From the IMG/VR virus record IMGVR_UViG_3300042557_001775, positions 1-64,000 of that record: a stretch of DNA of 64,000 bases; one strand, written 5' to 3'. Origin of the DNA: a virus. Below, piece after piece: positions 32,476 to 42,622 of the stretch. Positions within the stretch are counted from its first letter, which is position 1. Each line of letters starts with the position of its first letter. The position numbers and the translations under genes are program-made. The notes beneath the pieces were generated by a model. It was not told where the DNA came from and ran no database searches. It saw nothing but the letters and a program-made list of their open reading frames with translations.

Positions 32476-35400
32476 CCGCATGAAGCGGACTGCACGTCGG
32501 ATGGGCGGCTGCCCCGTGAAGTTCTGCTGTGCGAGCTGGGTGGCGAGCATTTGGGTGGCCTTCTCCATATGGGCCGCGATCTGGTCTCCTCCCAGAAGAA
32601 AACCCTTGGCGGCCTCGAAGACGGCGGCAAAGTTCCGCAGATACATCTTCTCGTTGTCTGAAGCATGAGGCAAGAAGCGCCGTTTCCCGAGGATACGGAC
32701 CACGGGGACAGTGTCAGGCAGAGTGATGAAGTATTTCCGCTTGAGCTTGTTGCCGTCAGCGGGATCGGGGGCCTCGCCGCGATCGACTGCGCCTTGCATC
32801 CAAGCGTAGTCGTCCCCGCGATAGCCAGGACCGCCGCGCAGCCATTCGGAGTACCTATCATGGACGGCACGGGGATTGTTATCGAAGGACATGAAAAGGA
32901 TCGTCTCAATCTCCTGGGGCAGGAAAAACTCGCCCGTCGCGGTGACGTTGAGCGTGTAAGTGTCCACGCTGCCAACCCATTTGCCGGTCAGCATGAGCTG
33001 CTCCTCGGCGGTGTTGATGAACCGCTTCACGGCGGCATCGGAAAGGCGATACGCCTCGGGGAGTTCCAGCCCCGCTCTGCCCCAGTGGTAACCGAACGTG
33101 TCCGGGGCAGAGGCCGACAACTGCTGCCGCTTGGCGCGGCGGGTTTCTTCGATGTCGGCCACAATGTCGCGTTCGACCAGAGCAAGAGCCGATGCCTTTA
33201 TGGCTCCGGCTGCGTCGGCATACTTGGAATCATCGTCACGACCGTTGACGACAACTACCGATCCAGACGGGGAGTTGTTCTTGCGCGTCATGGCGGCCGG
33301 GACCAAGTAGCTCTCGATCATCAGCTTTTTCTGCTCGTACGTCACGGCTGGGCGCGGGCCGCTGTAATCTTCGCGCCGTTGGAGGAACGCCTGATGGGAA
33401 CGGATTTCTGTGACGGCTTGGTCGGCCAACGTCTGCATCCTCGAAGCGGGGATCTGCAATCCTCCGGCGATTTCGTTGTGGAGGCGCCCGATTTCTCCGG
33501 TCGCATCGCGCCGGGCTTCTTCGACGCCGCGAACGAGATTCCTTTCCACGAGGGCAAAGGCTTCTTGCTTAAAGGCCGCAGCGGCGTCGGCTTGCCCCCG
33601 GGAGGTGGCAACATAGGATTCGACGAGCTTTTTGCGGATCTCGTCGTCGAACGTCCCGGGTGCGGTCGCCTTGTAATCTTCGCGGCGGGCCAAGAAGTTA
33701 AAGTGCGCGGCGGCCTCGGTGTTGGCGGTTGTCAGGTAAGCGTCAATCCGCGCCGTTGGGATTTTCACGCCGTCAGGCAACTCATTGTGCAGCCGCCCCG
33801 CGAATGTAGCTACAGCGCGACGAGACGCTTCTACCTGAGTCATCAGGTCACGCTCGATAAGTTCAAAGGCTTCCTGTTTTAGTTTGGTGGCTACGTCGGG
33901 AGCGGCTTGAGCGGTAGCGAGGTAGGACTCGACCAACTTTTTACGGACTTCAAAAGAAAAGGTCGCAGGAGCTGTCGCGTTGTAGTCTTCCCGTTTCGCC
34001 AGAAAATTGTAGTGCGCGAGGGCTTCCGTTGCCGCCGTACTCAAGTAAGTCGTAAGTCTCGCTGTCGGGACTTTCACGCCGTCGGGAAGTTCGTTGTGTA
34101 AACGGGTTTCGTCCGGAAGTCCGGCAACACTGCGACGGGTAGCCTCTACCTGAGTCATCAGGTTGCGTTCGATCAGCTCAAACGCCGTCTGCTTCAACTG
34201 ACTAGCGACGTCGGGCGTCCCTTGGGCAACGGCGATACATGCTTCAACGAGCTTTTTGCGGATCTCAAACGGAAAAGTCGGCGCGGTCGCGTTGTAATCT
34301 TCTCGGCGCGCCAAGAAAGTGAAGTGATCCGTAGCTTCGCTTACCGCCTGGGACAAATACGCGGCAAGGCGAGTAGTCGGGTATTTGAGCCCCTCGGGAA
34401 GTTCGTTGTGCAGCTTGGCGACGTCTGCGTCATCGGTGTACTCGCGACGAGCCGTTTCCACTTGCGCCATCAGGTTGCGCTCGATAAGCGAAAACGCCTC
34501 GGCTTTAAGGCTCACGCTCAAATCAACGACTTTGTCGTTTCCTGCCGTTGCGGCGCCGCGCGTCGTGGCATGATACGATTCGATCAGCTTTTTGCGAATT
34601 TCATAGGGGAACGGGATAGGCAGAGTGCCGGTGGAGTAGTCCTCGCGGCGAATCAAAAAGTTCCAATGGGCCGTCGCGTCCAAGACCGCTTGATTCATGT
34701 AGTCTACGATGCGCGCAGTCATCACTTTGACGCCATCGGGTAGTTCGTTGTGCAATCGCCCAATCTCGCCGGGTTGGTCGCGCCGATTAGCTTCAACCCT
34801 TGCCATTAGATCGCGCTCGATCAACGAAGCGGCTTCTTGCTTCAAGGCGGTTGCAACGTCGGCCTGTCCGCCAGCGGTCGCGATATACGCTTCGACTAGT
34901 TTCTTTTTGATCTCAAAAGGAAACGACGGAAACGGCGGGTCGGTTTCTCTGTAGTCTTCGCGGCGCGCGAAGAAAGCCCACTGAGCGGCAGCGTCGGTCC
35001 CCGCTTGAGACAAATAGGTTTCAAGCCGACTGGTCTTAAACCGAGTTCCGCCGGGCAGCTCATTGTGCAAGCGGCCAGCTTCGCCGGGATAACCTTTACG
35101 TTCCGCCTCGACCAAAGCCATCACGTTGCGCTGGATCAACTCGAATGCCTGCGTTTTGATCGCGCCACCGTCGGCTCCATTGTCGGTCATCAACAAAGAC
35201 AGCGTCAGGAGGCGGATGACTTCTCCCGGTAGCGCGGCTGGAAATGAAGTGGCGTCGCTGGAGAGCGCGATAAACGTCAGCGGGACACGATCAAATTCCT
35301 CCGACCGAGCAATGAAGTTGTGGTGGTCTATCGCCTGTTGGTATGCCTGATTAAGGTAAGACCGAATACGGGTCGCGGTAAGCCGATACTTAGAAACGGT

Positions 35401-35841
35401 CTCAAGCCCAACTCGCCCGACCATGCCGCCGAAAGTGTTTTGGCTACTCAGGGCCAAAGTTTGAAACGCGGTCTTACGCTCGCGGTCCACCGTGGTGGTG
35501 ATTTTGCGCTCGATATACGAGTAAGCTTTTTGCTCCAGAACAGCCGCCCGCTCTAAGTCGTTGTTCTCTTCGCGCCATAGCGCGAGGATCATGCTCTTGG
35601 TCGCGTCCGGCTCGTCGAGAATCAAGAGCCCGGTAAGTGGATTGCCGGTCGTGCCACCAGCTTGCCAGACAAGCTCAGTACGCTCTGCCTCTTCCTGCCG
35701 AGAGACAAAATTAAAATGATCGATCAGACGACGTTGCGCTTCGTTTATTCGGCTGTCGATGCGTGCAGAATTGCTCGTGGCTACGCCATTATCGACGTAG
35801 GCGGCGAATAACCCGCGTGCTTGGACAAACGAAGTAGCCAT
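32473..35841 (-). CDS. Head-tail adaptor-like protein with about 100-aa tandem repeats (1122 aa)
   Basis: Six close LHNE(L/I)...(R/K)REDY...KKL.E repeats plus divergent units; position next to the nozzle and fibre genes. Confidence 0.7.
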   Translation of the reverse strand: MATSFVQARGLFAAYVDNGVATSNSARIDSRINEAQRRLIDHFNFVSRQEEAERTELVWQAGGTTGNPLTGLLILDEPDATKSMILALWREENNDLERAAVLEQKAYSYIERKITTTVDRERKTAFQTLALSSQNTFGGMVGRVGLETVSKYRLTATRIRSYLNQAYQQAIDHHNFIARSEEFDRVPLTFIALSSDATSFPAALPGEVIRLLTLSLLMTDNGADGGAIKTQAFELIQRNVMALVEAERKGYPGEAGRLHNELPGGTRFKTSRLETYLSQAGTDAAAQWAFFARREDYRETDPPFPSFPFEIKKKLVEAYIATAGGQADVATALKQEAASLIERDLMARVEANRRDQPGEIGRLHNELPDGVKVMTARIVDYMNQAVLDATAHWNFLIRREDYSTGTLPIPFPYEIRKKLIESYHATTRGAATAGNDKVVDLSVSLKAEAFSLIERNLMAQVETARREYTDDADVAKLHNELPEGLKYPTTRLAAYLSQAVSEATDHFTFLARREDYNATAPTFPFEIRKKLVEACIAVAQGTPDVASQLKQTAFELIERNLMTQVEATRRSVAGLPDETRLHNELPDGVKVPTARLTTYLSTAATEALAHYNFLAKREDYNATAPATFSFEVRKKLVESYLATAQAAPDVATKLKQEAFELIERDLMTQVEASRRAVATFAGRLHNELPDGVKIPTARIDAYLTTANTEAAAHFNFLARREDYKATAPGTFDDEIRKKLVESYVATSRGQADAAAAFKQEAFALVERNLVRGVEEARRDATGEIGRLHNEIAGGLQIPASRMQTLADQAVTEIRSHQAFLQRREDYSGPRPAVTYEQKKLMIESYLVPAAMTRKNNSPSGSVVVVNGRDDDSKYADAAGAIKASALALVERDIVADIEETRRAKRQQLSASAPDTFGYHWGRAGLELPEAYRLSDAAVKRFINTAEEQLMLTGKWVGSVDTYTLNVTATGEFFLPQEIETILFMSFDNNPRAVHDRYSEWLRGGPGYRGDDYAWMQGAVDRGEAPDPADGNKLKRKYFITLPDTVPVVRILGKRRFLPHASDNEKMYLRNFAAVFEAAKGFLLGGDQIAAHMEKATQMLATQLAQQNFTGQPPIRRAVRFMR

Positions 35842-36524
35842 TAAGCCGGTATTTCTTCAACTGTCACTAAGACATTCCCACTCGCGCCGAAGAGGTCTGG
35901 CGTGGTACTAGAGCCCGCGAGATACGCAGTGCCGCTGGTAGTCCCGACGCGCAGCGAATAAGTAACAGCGGTCGTAGTGTTGGGGGTGTGCAGCCCTTCG
36001 ACAATAATACTTCTCGACTCGGCGGCGCCGCCAAAACTAGTTACCGTAGCGGCGAAGCACGTCGATTCGATGCCAGCCATCAGGCCCGCCGTAATGGACG
36101 CGGGGTACGTTGCCCCGCCGATGGAACAGCTCGGCAAAAAAGCACGAACCAGCATTTTGTTGGCGGTTGTGCGCGGGGTGATGCCCGGCGTGTTTAGCAC
36201 GTTGGCCCCCGCGTTCCCCGGCAAGGCCGTTGACGAACCCGTCGCTATCACTCCAGAAGTGGAAAAGTGCGACAAGCTGGCCGTGACAATATTGCTTCCT
36301 ATCACAGTCTGCCATTTCGCGTCCCAAAACCCGTTGAGGGTTCCCTTGGAAGTATCTAGCCACAGCGCCGATCCGTCAGTCGGGACGTTGGTGTTTACCC
36401 CACTGATAAACACAATCTTTTTGCCTGCTGGCGCGGTCAAATAGGACGCAAACGTCTCCAACAAAGTTTGGAGATTGCTCGGATACTTTGAGTTTACGGG
36501 CAGAGTTCCGGGTATAAGCGGCAT
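35841..36524 (-). CDS. Tail-associated structural protein (227 aa)
   Basis: Thr/Gly/Ser-rich beta character; LWLDTS pattern; C-terminal VTVEEI typical of fibre tips. Confidence 0.65.
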   Translation of the reverse strand: MPLIPGTLPVNSKYPSNLQTLLETFASYLTAPAGKKIVFISGVNTNVPTDGSALWLDTSKGTLNGFWDAKWQTVIGSNIVTASLSHFSTSGVIATGSSTALPGNAGANVLNTPGITPRTTANKMLVRAFLPSCSIGGATYPASITAGLMAGIESTCFAATVTSFGGAAESRSIIVEGLHTPNTTTAVTYSLRVGTTSGTAYLAGSSTTPDLFGASGNVLVTVEEIPA

Positions 36525-36526
36525 AA

Positions 36527-38422
36527 TTAACGTTTATTGAAGTGTGGGCTTAATAGTATATCCCATCCGAAAGGAGCGCAACTAGCCCTCGGGGTAATGA
36601 TCATGGCTTTGGTCGCGGTGCAAGGAACACAAAACACCCGGCCGTCCGGCAATACAACTCCTCCCGCATAAGCTCCTTTACCGAAGCCGTCTTGGGTGGT
36701 TGGAGGCGTCGGAAACCCCGGTAGCTGAATCGAAGCGGTGGAGCCAGAAGCGTCAGAGTCAAAAACGCGCGGAAATTGTGCCCGCCCCGGAATGAGAACG
36801 ACAAACCCATCCGGCAGCCGGACCATGCCGGAATAGTCCTCGACAGTGCTGACCGGGAGGCTGACCGCCGTGCGTAACAACTGTTGCGCGTCAGAGCTGA
36901 ACACCTCTATCTTTAACGTCGTCGGGCTAGATTGATCGACGAGCGGAATCAATATCTCGCCTCGAGCGTTAAGCAATGGGGCTGCGCGAAAATGCGACTG
37001 CGGCTCGGACGGAGTTGGAAACAAGTTTAGCTGTTGTGACCCGTTGTAACCGCCGGGGGCAAGCGCACCTGTTCCGCTTTGATAAACATGTGCGCCGAAA
37101 AACACGTCGCCTTGGGAAGTTAACGAGGCCCCGCGAGTAAGATACGTCCCTTTATTAAGACCCGTAAGCACTTCTAGAGTGCCGTCCATGCGAACTATCG
37201 CAGGATTAACGCTGGCGTTTGGTGCCAGAAACGCGGACCGGTGTCCACTGAACTTGCGCGTGTTTGGCAGCATAACCCCTCCTACAAACGCTCTGTTCGG
37301 AAGCGACGCGACTTCGTTGGTCCACACAGATCTATTTTCGTAAGGATAGTACAGCAGCGCTCGCTTGGAGTTGTATGGAACGCACACCACAGCAATTTGA
37401 GGTATGCGGGTATAATTGTAAGACGCGCTGTCAAGCGCATCGCCAGCCGCCGACACGGGATAGTCCGCCATGAGAACGCCGCCGGCAAAAAGGGCGCCTG
37501 TGTTGGGATAAGTTCCGTTTTCTGGAGTCGGTGCCGATACAATCACATCCTTCCTCGGGTCGTAAATCATTGCTTCCGTATAATTGAAAGGAACTAGAAA
37601 CACGCGCCCATCGGGAAGTAATACCCCGCCGCTAAAGGCCCCGCCGAATCCAGCGGTCAAAGTCGAGCCGCCTGGAAACGTCGGAGCCGCCGCCCGGGAA
37701 CGACCGACAACTGGAAAACTTCTATTTCGGGATGCCGTTAGTTCTAAGTTTGAGCGTAGCTGAGTAAAAAAAGTACCTTCTTGCTGCCCAAACCAGCGCG
37801 TGGTCCCATCGGGCGCTGAATTCAAAAAGTGTACGCAGGCATCAAGGTCGCCGGCCGGATGGCCGCCTGTTACTCCCCGCCCGAAGTGAGTGGACAAAAC
37901 AGCTTCGGTCGCAATGTTCGTCGATCCCACAGCTCCTGGTTTGAGACTGCGACTGCCCACCGCATTATCCGCGAGGTGCTTCTCTTGAACGGGTCGAACC
38001 TGATTAGAATCTGTTGGCGCGGCGCTTACCGGATGATCAAGCTGCTCGTCGCCGATAGCCCGCGCCTTAATGTGGTTTCGCCCAACCGCGCGCTGCGAAT
38101 CGTCGGTGGGGCTGCTTTGCAGTTTTGTTTCAGTGACGGACCCGTCTTGTAGCTTACTGGCCGTAACCGATAGGCCGGGCAAAAGGTTCGCTAACCCTAC
38201 TTCCGCAGCTACCTGGCCCCTCCGCACGATCGCGACGTCTGTGGTCAACGTCGATGTAAGAGGAGCTTCGATTCCGCCATTGTAAATCCAGTTACGCAAT
38301 GAGGCCATCGAAGCGTTGAAGGTTTCACTCGCTCTTGAGACCAACATCAAGTCCGTAGCTGCGACCGGCTCTAGCACTGGGTCAAGCTGCGCTATCGTTT
38401 TGTTTGTGGTGTAGTTCGGCAT
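36527..38422 (-). CDS. Tail fibre/receptor-binding protein with beta-propeller repeats
   Basis: VTASKL/DGSVTETKL stalk repeats; repeated GGV(L/M)LPDGRVF.VP blades. Confidence 0.75.
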   Translation of the reverse strand: MPNYTTNKTIAQLDPVLEPVAATDLMLVSRASETFNASMASLRNWIYNGGIEAPLTSTLTTDVAIVRRGQVAAEVGLANLLPGLSVTASKLQDGSVTETKLQSSPTDDSQRAVGRNHIKARAIGDEQLDHPVSAAPTDSNQVRPVQEKHLADNAVGSRSLKPGAVGSTNIATEAVLSTHFGRGVTGGHPAGDLDACVHFLNSAPDGTTRWFGQQEGTFFTQLRSNLELTASRNRSFPVVGRSRAAAPTFPGGSTLTAGFGGAFSGGVLLPDGRVFLVPFNYTEAMIYDPRKDVIVSAPTPENGTYPNTGALFAGGVLMADYPVSAAGDALDSASYNYTRIPQIAVVCVPYNSKRALLYYPYENRSVWTNEVASLPNRAFVGGVMLPNTRKFSGHRSAFLAPNASVNPAIVRMDGTLEVLTGLNKGTYLTRGASLTSQGDVFFGAHVYQSGTGALAPGGYNGSQQLNLFPTPSEPQSHFRAAPLLNARGEILIPLVDQSSPTTLKIEVFSSDAQQLLRTAVSLPVSTVEDYSGMVRLPDGFVVLIPGRAQFPRVFDSDASGSTASIQLPGFPTPPTTQDGFGKGAYAGGVVLPDGRVFCVPCTATKAMIITPRASCAPFGWDILLSPHFNKR

Positions 38423-38694
38423 TAAAGCGATAGTTTGAAATTCAATGTGTCATCATTTGCCGCAAACGTGCTGAGCAATAAATAACGGTTGCTGTTAATG
38501 AGTAAATATACAGCTTCTGTCGGGCGATTGTAGCTCAGATGCCCGTCGAATGCTTGCGTCCCCAGCAGTTGCTGCGTCGGCAAGATTGCGGTCGCGTACA
38601 CTGGTGCTGAAAGCCCCCCGCTGAGCGGTCTACAACCTACCCCGGTAGTAGCCCCTATTTCCAGTGGCGCCGCCGTTATAGCGCGGCAGCTCAT
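38422..38694 (-). CDS. Small tail-module protein (90 aa)
   Basis: Overlaps both neighbouring genes. Confidence 0.65.
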   Translation of the reverse strand: MSCRAITAAPLEIGATTGVGCRPLSGGLSAPVYATAILPTQQLLGTQAFDGHLSYNRPTEAVYLLINSNRYLLLSTFAANDDTLNFKLSL

Positions 38695-40826
38695 AAAATT
38701 GAGCCTCCTCCAACGGATTCGGTCTGCTTAGTAGCGTGTAATAGCAGCCTGCCTAACCTCGCGCGGCCGCGCCATGAAATGCGTAGCGCAAATTCGTGCC
38801 CTAAGTTTGCGGGTAATTCAGTCGCTGCGTTGTCAGCTTCCGGCGGGGTAGGCAGCCGAAATTGAGAAATATACCCCCGGGCGTAATCAGGTACGTTATT
38901 GGAAACGCCGTCTGGAACAAACTGCGTTACAAAGCACTGTGTAATAGTGTGCCAATGCACCCACTGCGGGCTATCATCGGCGTGCCAATAAATTTTGCAC
39001 TCGAACGTTTCGTCGGGCCCGCCGCCCAAATCGTCGAACCAAACGTCGCACCTCAGTAGCTTTTTGACATTATACTCTTCCTTGAAATCAAAGCTTTTCG
39101 TGTTCACGAGCGCATTGACGGGCCGAACAACGCCTGCGCCATCAATGTCATGCTCTCGGTCTAAAGACACTTCCCACAATTCATGGAAGTTGGTGTGAAA
39201 GCATATGGCAAACATGCGACGAACACCGCCGACCTCGGCGGCAAACACTTGCAAGGGAGAGATTCCAGTCCACACGCCATCAAACGAAGCTGCTGATTTT
39301 TCTCGGTTCCCTGCCGTGTTTCGAAAGTCCAATACCGCGATTCCGTCGTAGACAATGTTAACCGGCGCGTCCGCGAGCAAAGCGGCGCTTGCATCTTGCG
39401 CTGCTTTTGTACTGCCCGACGCAGTAGGAACGACCGCGCGAGGCCAACAAGTCATCAACAGACGGTCATCAAAGTAGGCAAAACTTACGCGCTCCAGAAG
39501 ATACGATGTGTCGTATTTTAAGATCGAGTCGATTTCTGAGGACATGGGCGTTTGGCCGTAGCCCTCAAAATCAGCGCGCGCGCTCCGGTACGAGCGAATT
39601 CCGTTTCCGTCCAAGCTCCGAAAAAACAGATCCCCGTTTACTGCTTGCACACTCTCGGCCGCCGACCCTACGTTCAAAAATAACACGCGCTGAAAACCTT
39701 TGGTTTGCTTCCATTGCATTCGTTCGAGCGAAACGGTAAAGCTCGCGGCGCCTCGCTCGCAAAACGCGATAAGATCGCCTTGTCCAGTCGCGTCATCTTG
39801 GACTGGAACAAACGCCATGGTCTGTACTTTTCCCATTTCGCCGGGCAACGAAAACGACCCACCTTCGGCTAAAAACGTATGCTCGCTAAAATTCAGCAAA
39901 TCTTGATCGCTACCTGAATTGAATCTCGCGACGAAACCGCCAGCCCCGGCGGTTGCAACCGCAGCGGGTATCACAAACGAGTACTCGTCGTTTCTTTGAA
40001 CGACAACGTATGTTCCGTTGATGTTCGGGGTGCTGCTGTGTCCGGTGATTGTGACTGAATCGCCCGCCGAAAAACCGTGAGGTGCTTCTGTCGTAACAAC
40101 GCACGGAAAGTCTACGCTTGTGCTTTTAATTGCTACGCTGGACACGCTGCCTCCGTAAATGAGATCCCCCGCCATTATTTCACTGCCGTCGTTGACGGCC
40201 ACAAAAAGTCGCCCTTGTCCGTACGCCATTTGCTTTCCGGACGGAACGCTAGGGGAACCGTAATAGCTCGCCGGTTGACAGCCATAGCCGTCATAGATGA
40301 TCGGCTCGTTTGCGCCGTCTTGGATGACGACAAATTTCTCGGCTTGTACTAAATAAACCGGAACGGTGTTCAGTATCGGAACTGACTGGTTGACCCAAAA
40401 ACACGAACCCGCTGTTAGATCAATCGCTAGGACGCGCCCATCGATGACGAGGATAAGCTGCGCCGGTCGCCCCTCGCGGGGGTCATTATAAATTAAACCC
40501 CCTTGATAATACCGCCCTGCCCGGACGTACGCTTCAAACCGGCTTGCGGAAGTAGAAGTGTCTCCCGTTAATCTTGGTCCCGAAAGGCCGTCTTGGACCC
40601 ACTCGTCAAATCCCGGCTGCCCACTAGCGACTGACGTTGGCGATCGCCAATAAGAAGCTCGGATTTGAGAAAAACCCGGCCGCGTTCTAGGACCGCCGGC
40701 GCCCCGAAAAGTGCAATTTTCGGCGTAGGACGCCGCGCCGTCAGCAATCTGGGACGGATCGCGGCTTCCATCCATGCCGACCAAGCCACGGAAGCCATCA
40801 ACCAGTCTTTCCTGGTCGATAATCAT
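38691..40826 (-). CDS. Tail nozzle/stabilisation protein (T7 gp12/P22 gp10-like position)
   Basis: N-terminal G..GMD....P......AEN..FR..G..TRPG pattern, beta-propeller character and an inserted TTEAPHGFSAGDSVTITG domain. Confidence 0.75.
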   Translation of the reverse strand: MIIDQERLVDGFRGLVGMDGSRDPSQIADGAASYAENCTFRGAGGPRTRPGFSQIRASYWRSPTSVASGQPGFDEWVQDGLSGPRLTGDTSTSASRFEAYVRAGRYYQGGLIYNDPREGRPAQLILVIDGRVLAIDLTAGSCFWVNQSVPILNTVPVYLVQAEKFVVIQDGANEPIIYDGYGCQPASYYGSPSVPSGKQMAYGQGRLFVAVNDGSEIMAGDLIYGGSVSSVAIKSTSVDFPCVVTTEAPHGFSAGDSVTITGHSSTPNINGTYVVVQRNDEYSFVIPAAVATAGAGGFVARFNSGSDQDLLNFSEHTFLAEGGSFSLPGEMGKVQTMAFVPVQDDATGQGDLIAFCERGAASFTVSLERMQWKQTKGFQRVLFLNVGSAAESVQAVNGDLFFRSLDGNGIRSYRSARADFEGYGQTPMSSEIDSILKYDTSYLLERVSFAYFDDRLLMTCWPRAVVPTASGSTKAAQDASAALLADAPVNIVYDGIAVLDFRNTAGNREKSAASFDGVWTGISPLQVFAAEVGGVRRMFAICFHTNFHELWEVSLDREHDIDGAGVVRPVNALVNTKSFDFKEEYNVKKLLRCDVWFDDLGGGPDETFECKIYWHADDSPQWVHWHTITQCFVTQFVPDGVSNNVPDYARGYISQFRLPTPPEADNAATELPANLGHEFALRISWRGRARLGRLLLHATKQTESVGGGSIL

Positions 40827-40832
40827 CCGGCG

Positions 40833-41060
40833 TTACTCCTTGGCGAGGGCGGTCATCATCGCCTCGTCAAAACCGGCGTCTTCGGTCGGTTCGGCTTCCG
40901 CTTCGGCAGGAGCTTCGCCGACGGGAAGGCCGTCGATGGCGGTGAGAGTGAGAGTGCCAGCTCCGAGCTGAAGAGTCGCCAAAGCTTCGAATGTCGAACC
41001 TTCGGTAACCCCATCAGGCGGAACCATGCCGTTAGGAACGGGAAATGTGATGGATTTCAT
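40833..41060 (-). CDS. Small acidic protein after the capsid gene (75 aa)
   Basis: ORF in the operon. Confidence 0.7.
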   Translation of the reverse strand: MKSITFPVPNGMVPPDGVTEGSTFEALATLQLGAGTLTLTAIDGLPVGEAPAEAEAEPTEDAGFDEAMMTALAKE

Positions 41061-41124
41061 GTGGTTTGCGAGGTTGCCCCCAGTCTACCCCGGAGATTTA
41101 CTCCGGGGCAGTGTTGGGAACAAC

Positions 41125-42417
41125 TTAGGCCGTAATCGCGGTGTTCGCGCAGTTGAGCGCGTCAACAACACGCGGGCAGCGGCGGTGACGAATCACGAAG
41201 CCGAGTTCAGGGCGCAGGAGCTTAGGACCGTAGGCATAGAGGGCCCGAAAGTACCCAATATTGCCGTCCGGATTGATCAAGCGATCCTGGATGTTCCTCC
41301 AAGTGAATTCACCCGACCAGGAATAGGCCGGATTGTATTTCAGTTGGCCGACGCCCGTGGGCTTCGGGATGAGGATCTTCAGCACGTCCGCGTGGTAAAC
41401 CACGGTGTCCGTGAACGGAGCGTCCTTGTAAGCCTGCGACACTTCGAACTGGCGACCGATGGTCAACGCGTTGGAGCCTTCGAAAGGCTGCACGCGAGTC
41501 CATTTACGATCGGTATCGTTGAACGTGTAGCGCGGCGGAAACTCAACCGTGAAGAACTTGAACCCGCGATACGTACCGGAGAGTCCCGGAGCCGCCATCA
41601 TCGGGCTGCTGTTGCCAGCGCCCTCGAAGGCGTAACGGAAGTCGTCACGGACGTTGCTGTCCTCCATCTTCAGATCGTAGAAGCTGAAGCGATCGCCGAC
41701 CAAGGCGTAGACCGGCGTCATTTCGTCAACCCGGGTGTACGGATTGATCGAGCCGCCGAGATAGCCCATTTGTTCGTAAACGAACTCAAGGACATCCCAG
41801 GTCAGTTTACCGACTTTGGCCGCAACAGTGCCAGCGGCCATCGCAGTTCCGGACGCTGTGCCGTAAGTGGCGGAAGTCGCCAAGGCATCAGACGCACCGG
41901 CAAAGAACTGCGAGCGCGTGGCGGTCACAACTCCACTATTGGCCGTCTTGTAGACCGCCAAATAGTTGCTGACTGCGTTGAGGTACTCGTCCTGGTACGC
42001 GTTGGTCCAGACCCAGCGGGTGTTTTCGGTCAGGATGCGGATGATATTCCGAACCTGATCTTCCACCTGCCAAGCGAACTGAAGGTCGTCCAAGCAGATG
42101 TCGGGCGAGTTCAGCGAGGCCTTTTTGAGGCTCGTCTGGCGCAGGGTGATGCCGAAGCGGTCGAGGGTTTGACCGGCGTTGGTACACTGGCCTCCGGCTT
42201 CGCCGTTGCTGCTCGACCAGGCCGAGAAGGCGACGGGTGATGTAGGAAGCACCCGCTCATAGATCGGGTAGCTGTATTGAGTGCCCTGCCCGTCGAGCCA
42301 AGGCTCTTTAGGCAAGTGCTTGAGGTAAAAGTCCGAGTTGGTGATGTTCTTCGCAACGTTGTTGCGAATCAAACCAGCATGCTCGTGAAACAATTTCTGA
42401 ATGTTAGGTGCAGACAT
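41125..42417 (-). CDS. Major capsid protein (430 aa)
   Basis: Size, strong codon bias, AAGGAG RBS, dedicated promoter, 3' hairpin and C-terminal G.K.LRPELG pattern. Confidence 0.8.
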   Translation of the reverse strand: MSAPNIQKLFHEHAGLIRNNVAKNITNSDFYLKHLPKEPWLDGQGTQYSYPIYERVLPTSPVAFSAWSSSNGEAGGQCTNAGQTLDRFGITLRQTSLKKASLNSPDICLDDLQFAWQVEDQVRNIIRILTENTRWVWTNAYQDEYLNAVSNYLAVYKTANSGVVTATRSQFFAGASDALATSATYGTASGTAMAAGTVAAKVGKLTWDVLEFVYEQMGYLGGSINPYTRVDEMTPVYALVGDRFSFYDLKMEDSNVRDDFRYAFEGAGNSSPMMAAPGLSGTYRGFKFFTVEFPPRYTFNDTDRKWTRVQPFEGSNALTIGRQFEVSQAYKDAPFTDTVVYHADVLKILIPKPTGVGQLKYNPAYSWSGEFTWRNIQDRLINPDGNIGYFRALYAYGPKLLRPELGFVIRHRRCPRVVDALNCANTAITA

Positions 42418-42595
42418 AAGCCTGTTTTTCTCCTTTCAAGAGAGGTTTTGTGGTTATGAATCTAGTGATGTCCAAAACCGCCATTGCGGAGCCAGACGCT
42501 AGATCCAAGGTTTTCTTTACCCTCTGCGGAAAGGGCCTATACACGCAGTTGTTTTTTCGAGCCGAGTATTACCGCTACTCGTAAGCGTGAGATAA

Positions 42596-42622
42596 ATTAT
42601 ACGCAGCCGGAAAGCGTGTCAA
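42596..42622 (-). promoter_or_regulatory. Sigma70-like promoter upstream of the capsid gene
   Basis: Perfect TTGACA and TATAAT, but with a short 15-nt spacer. Confidence 0.55.
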
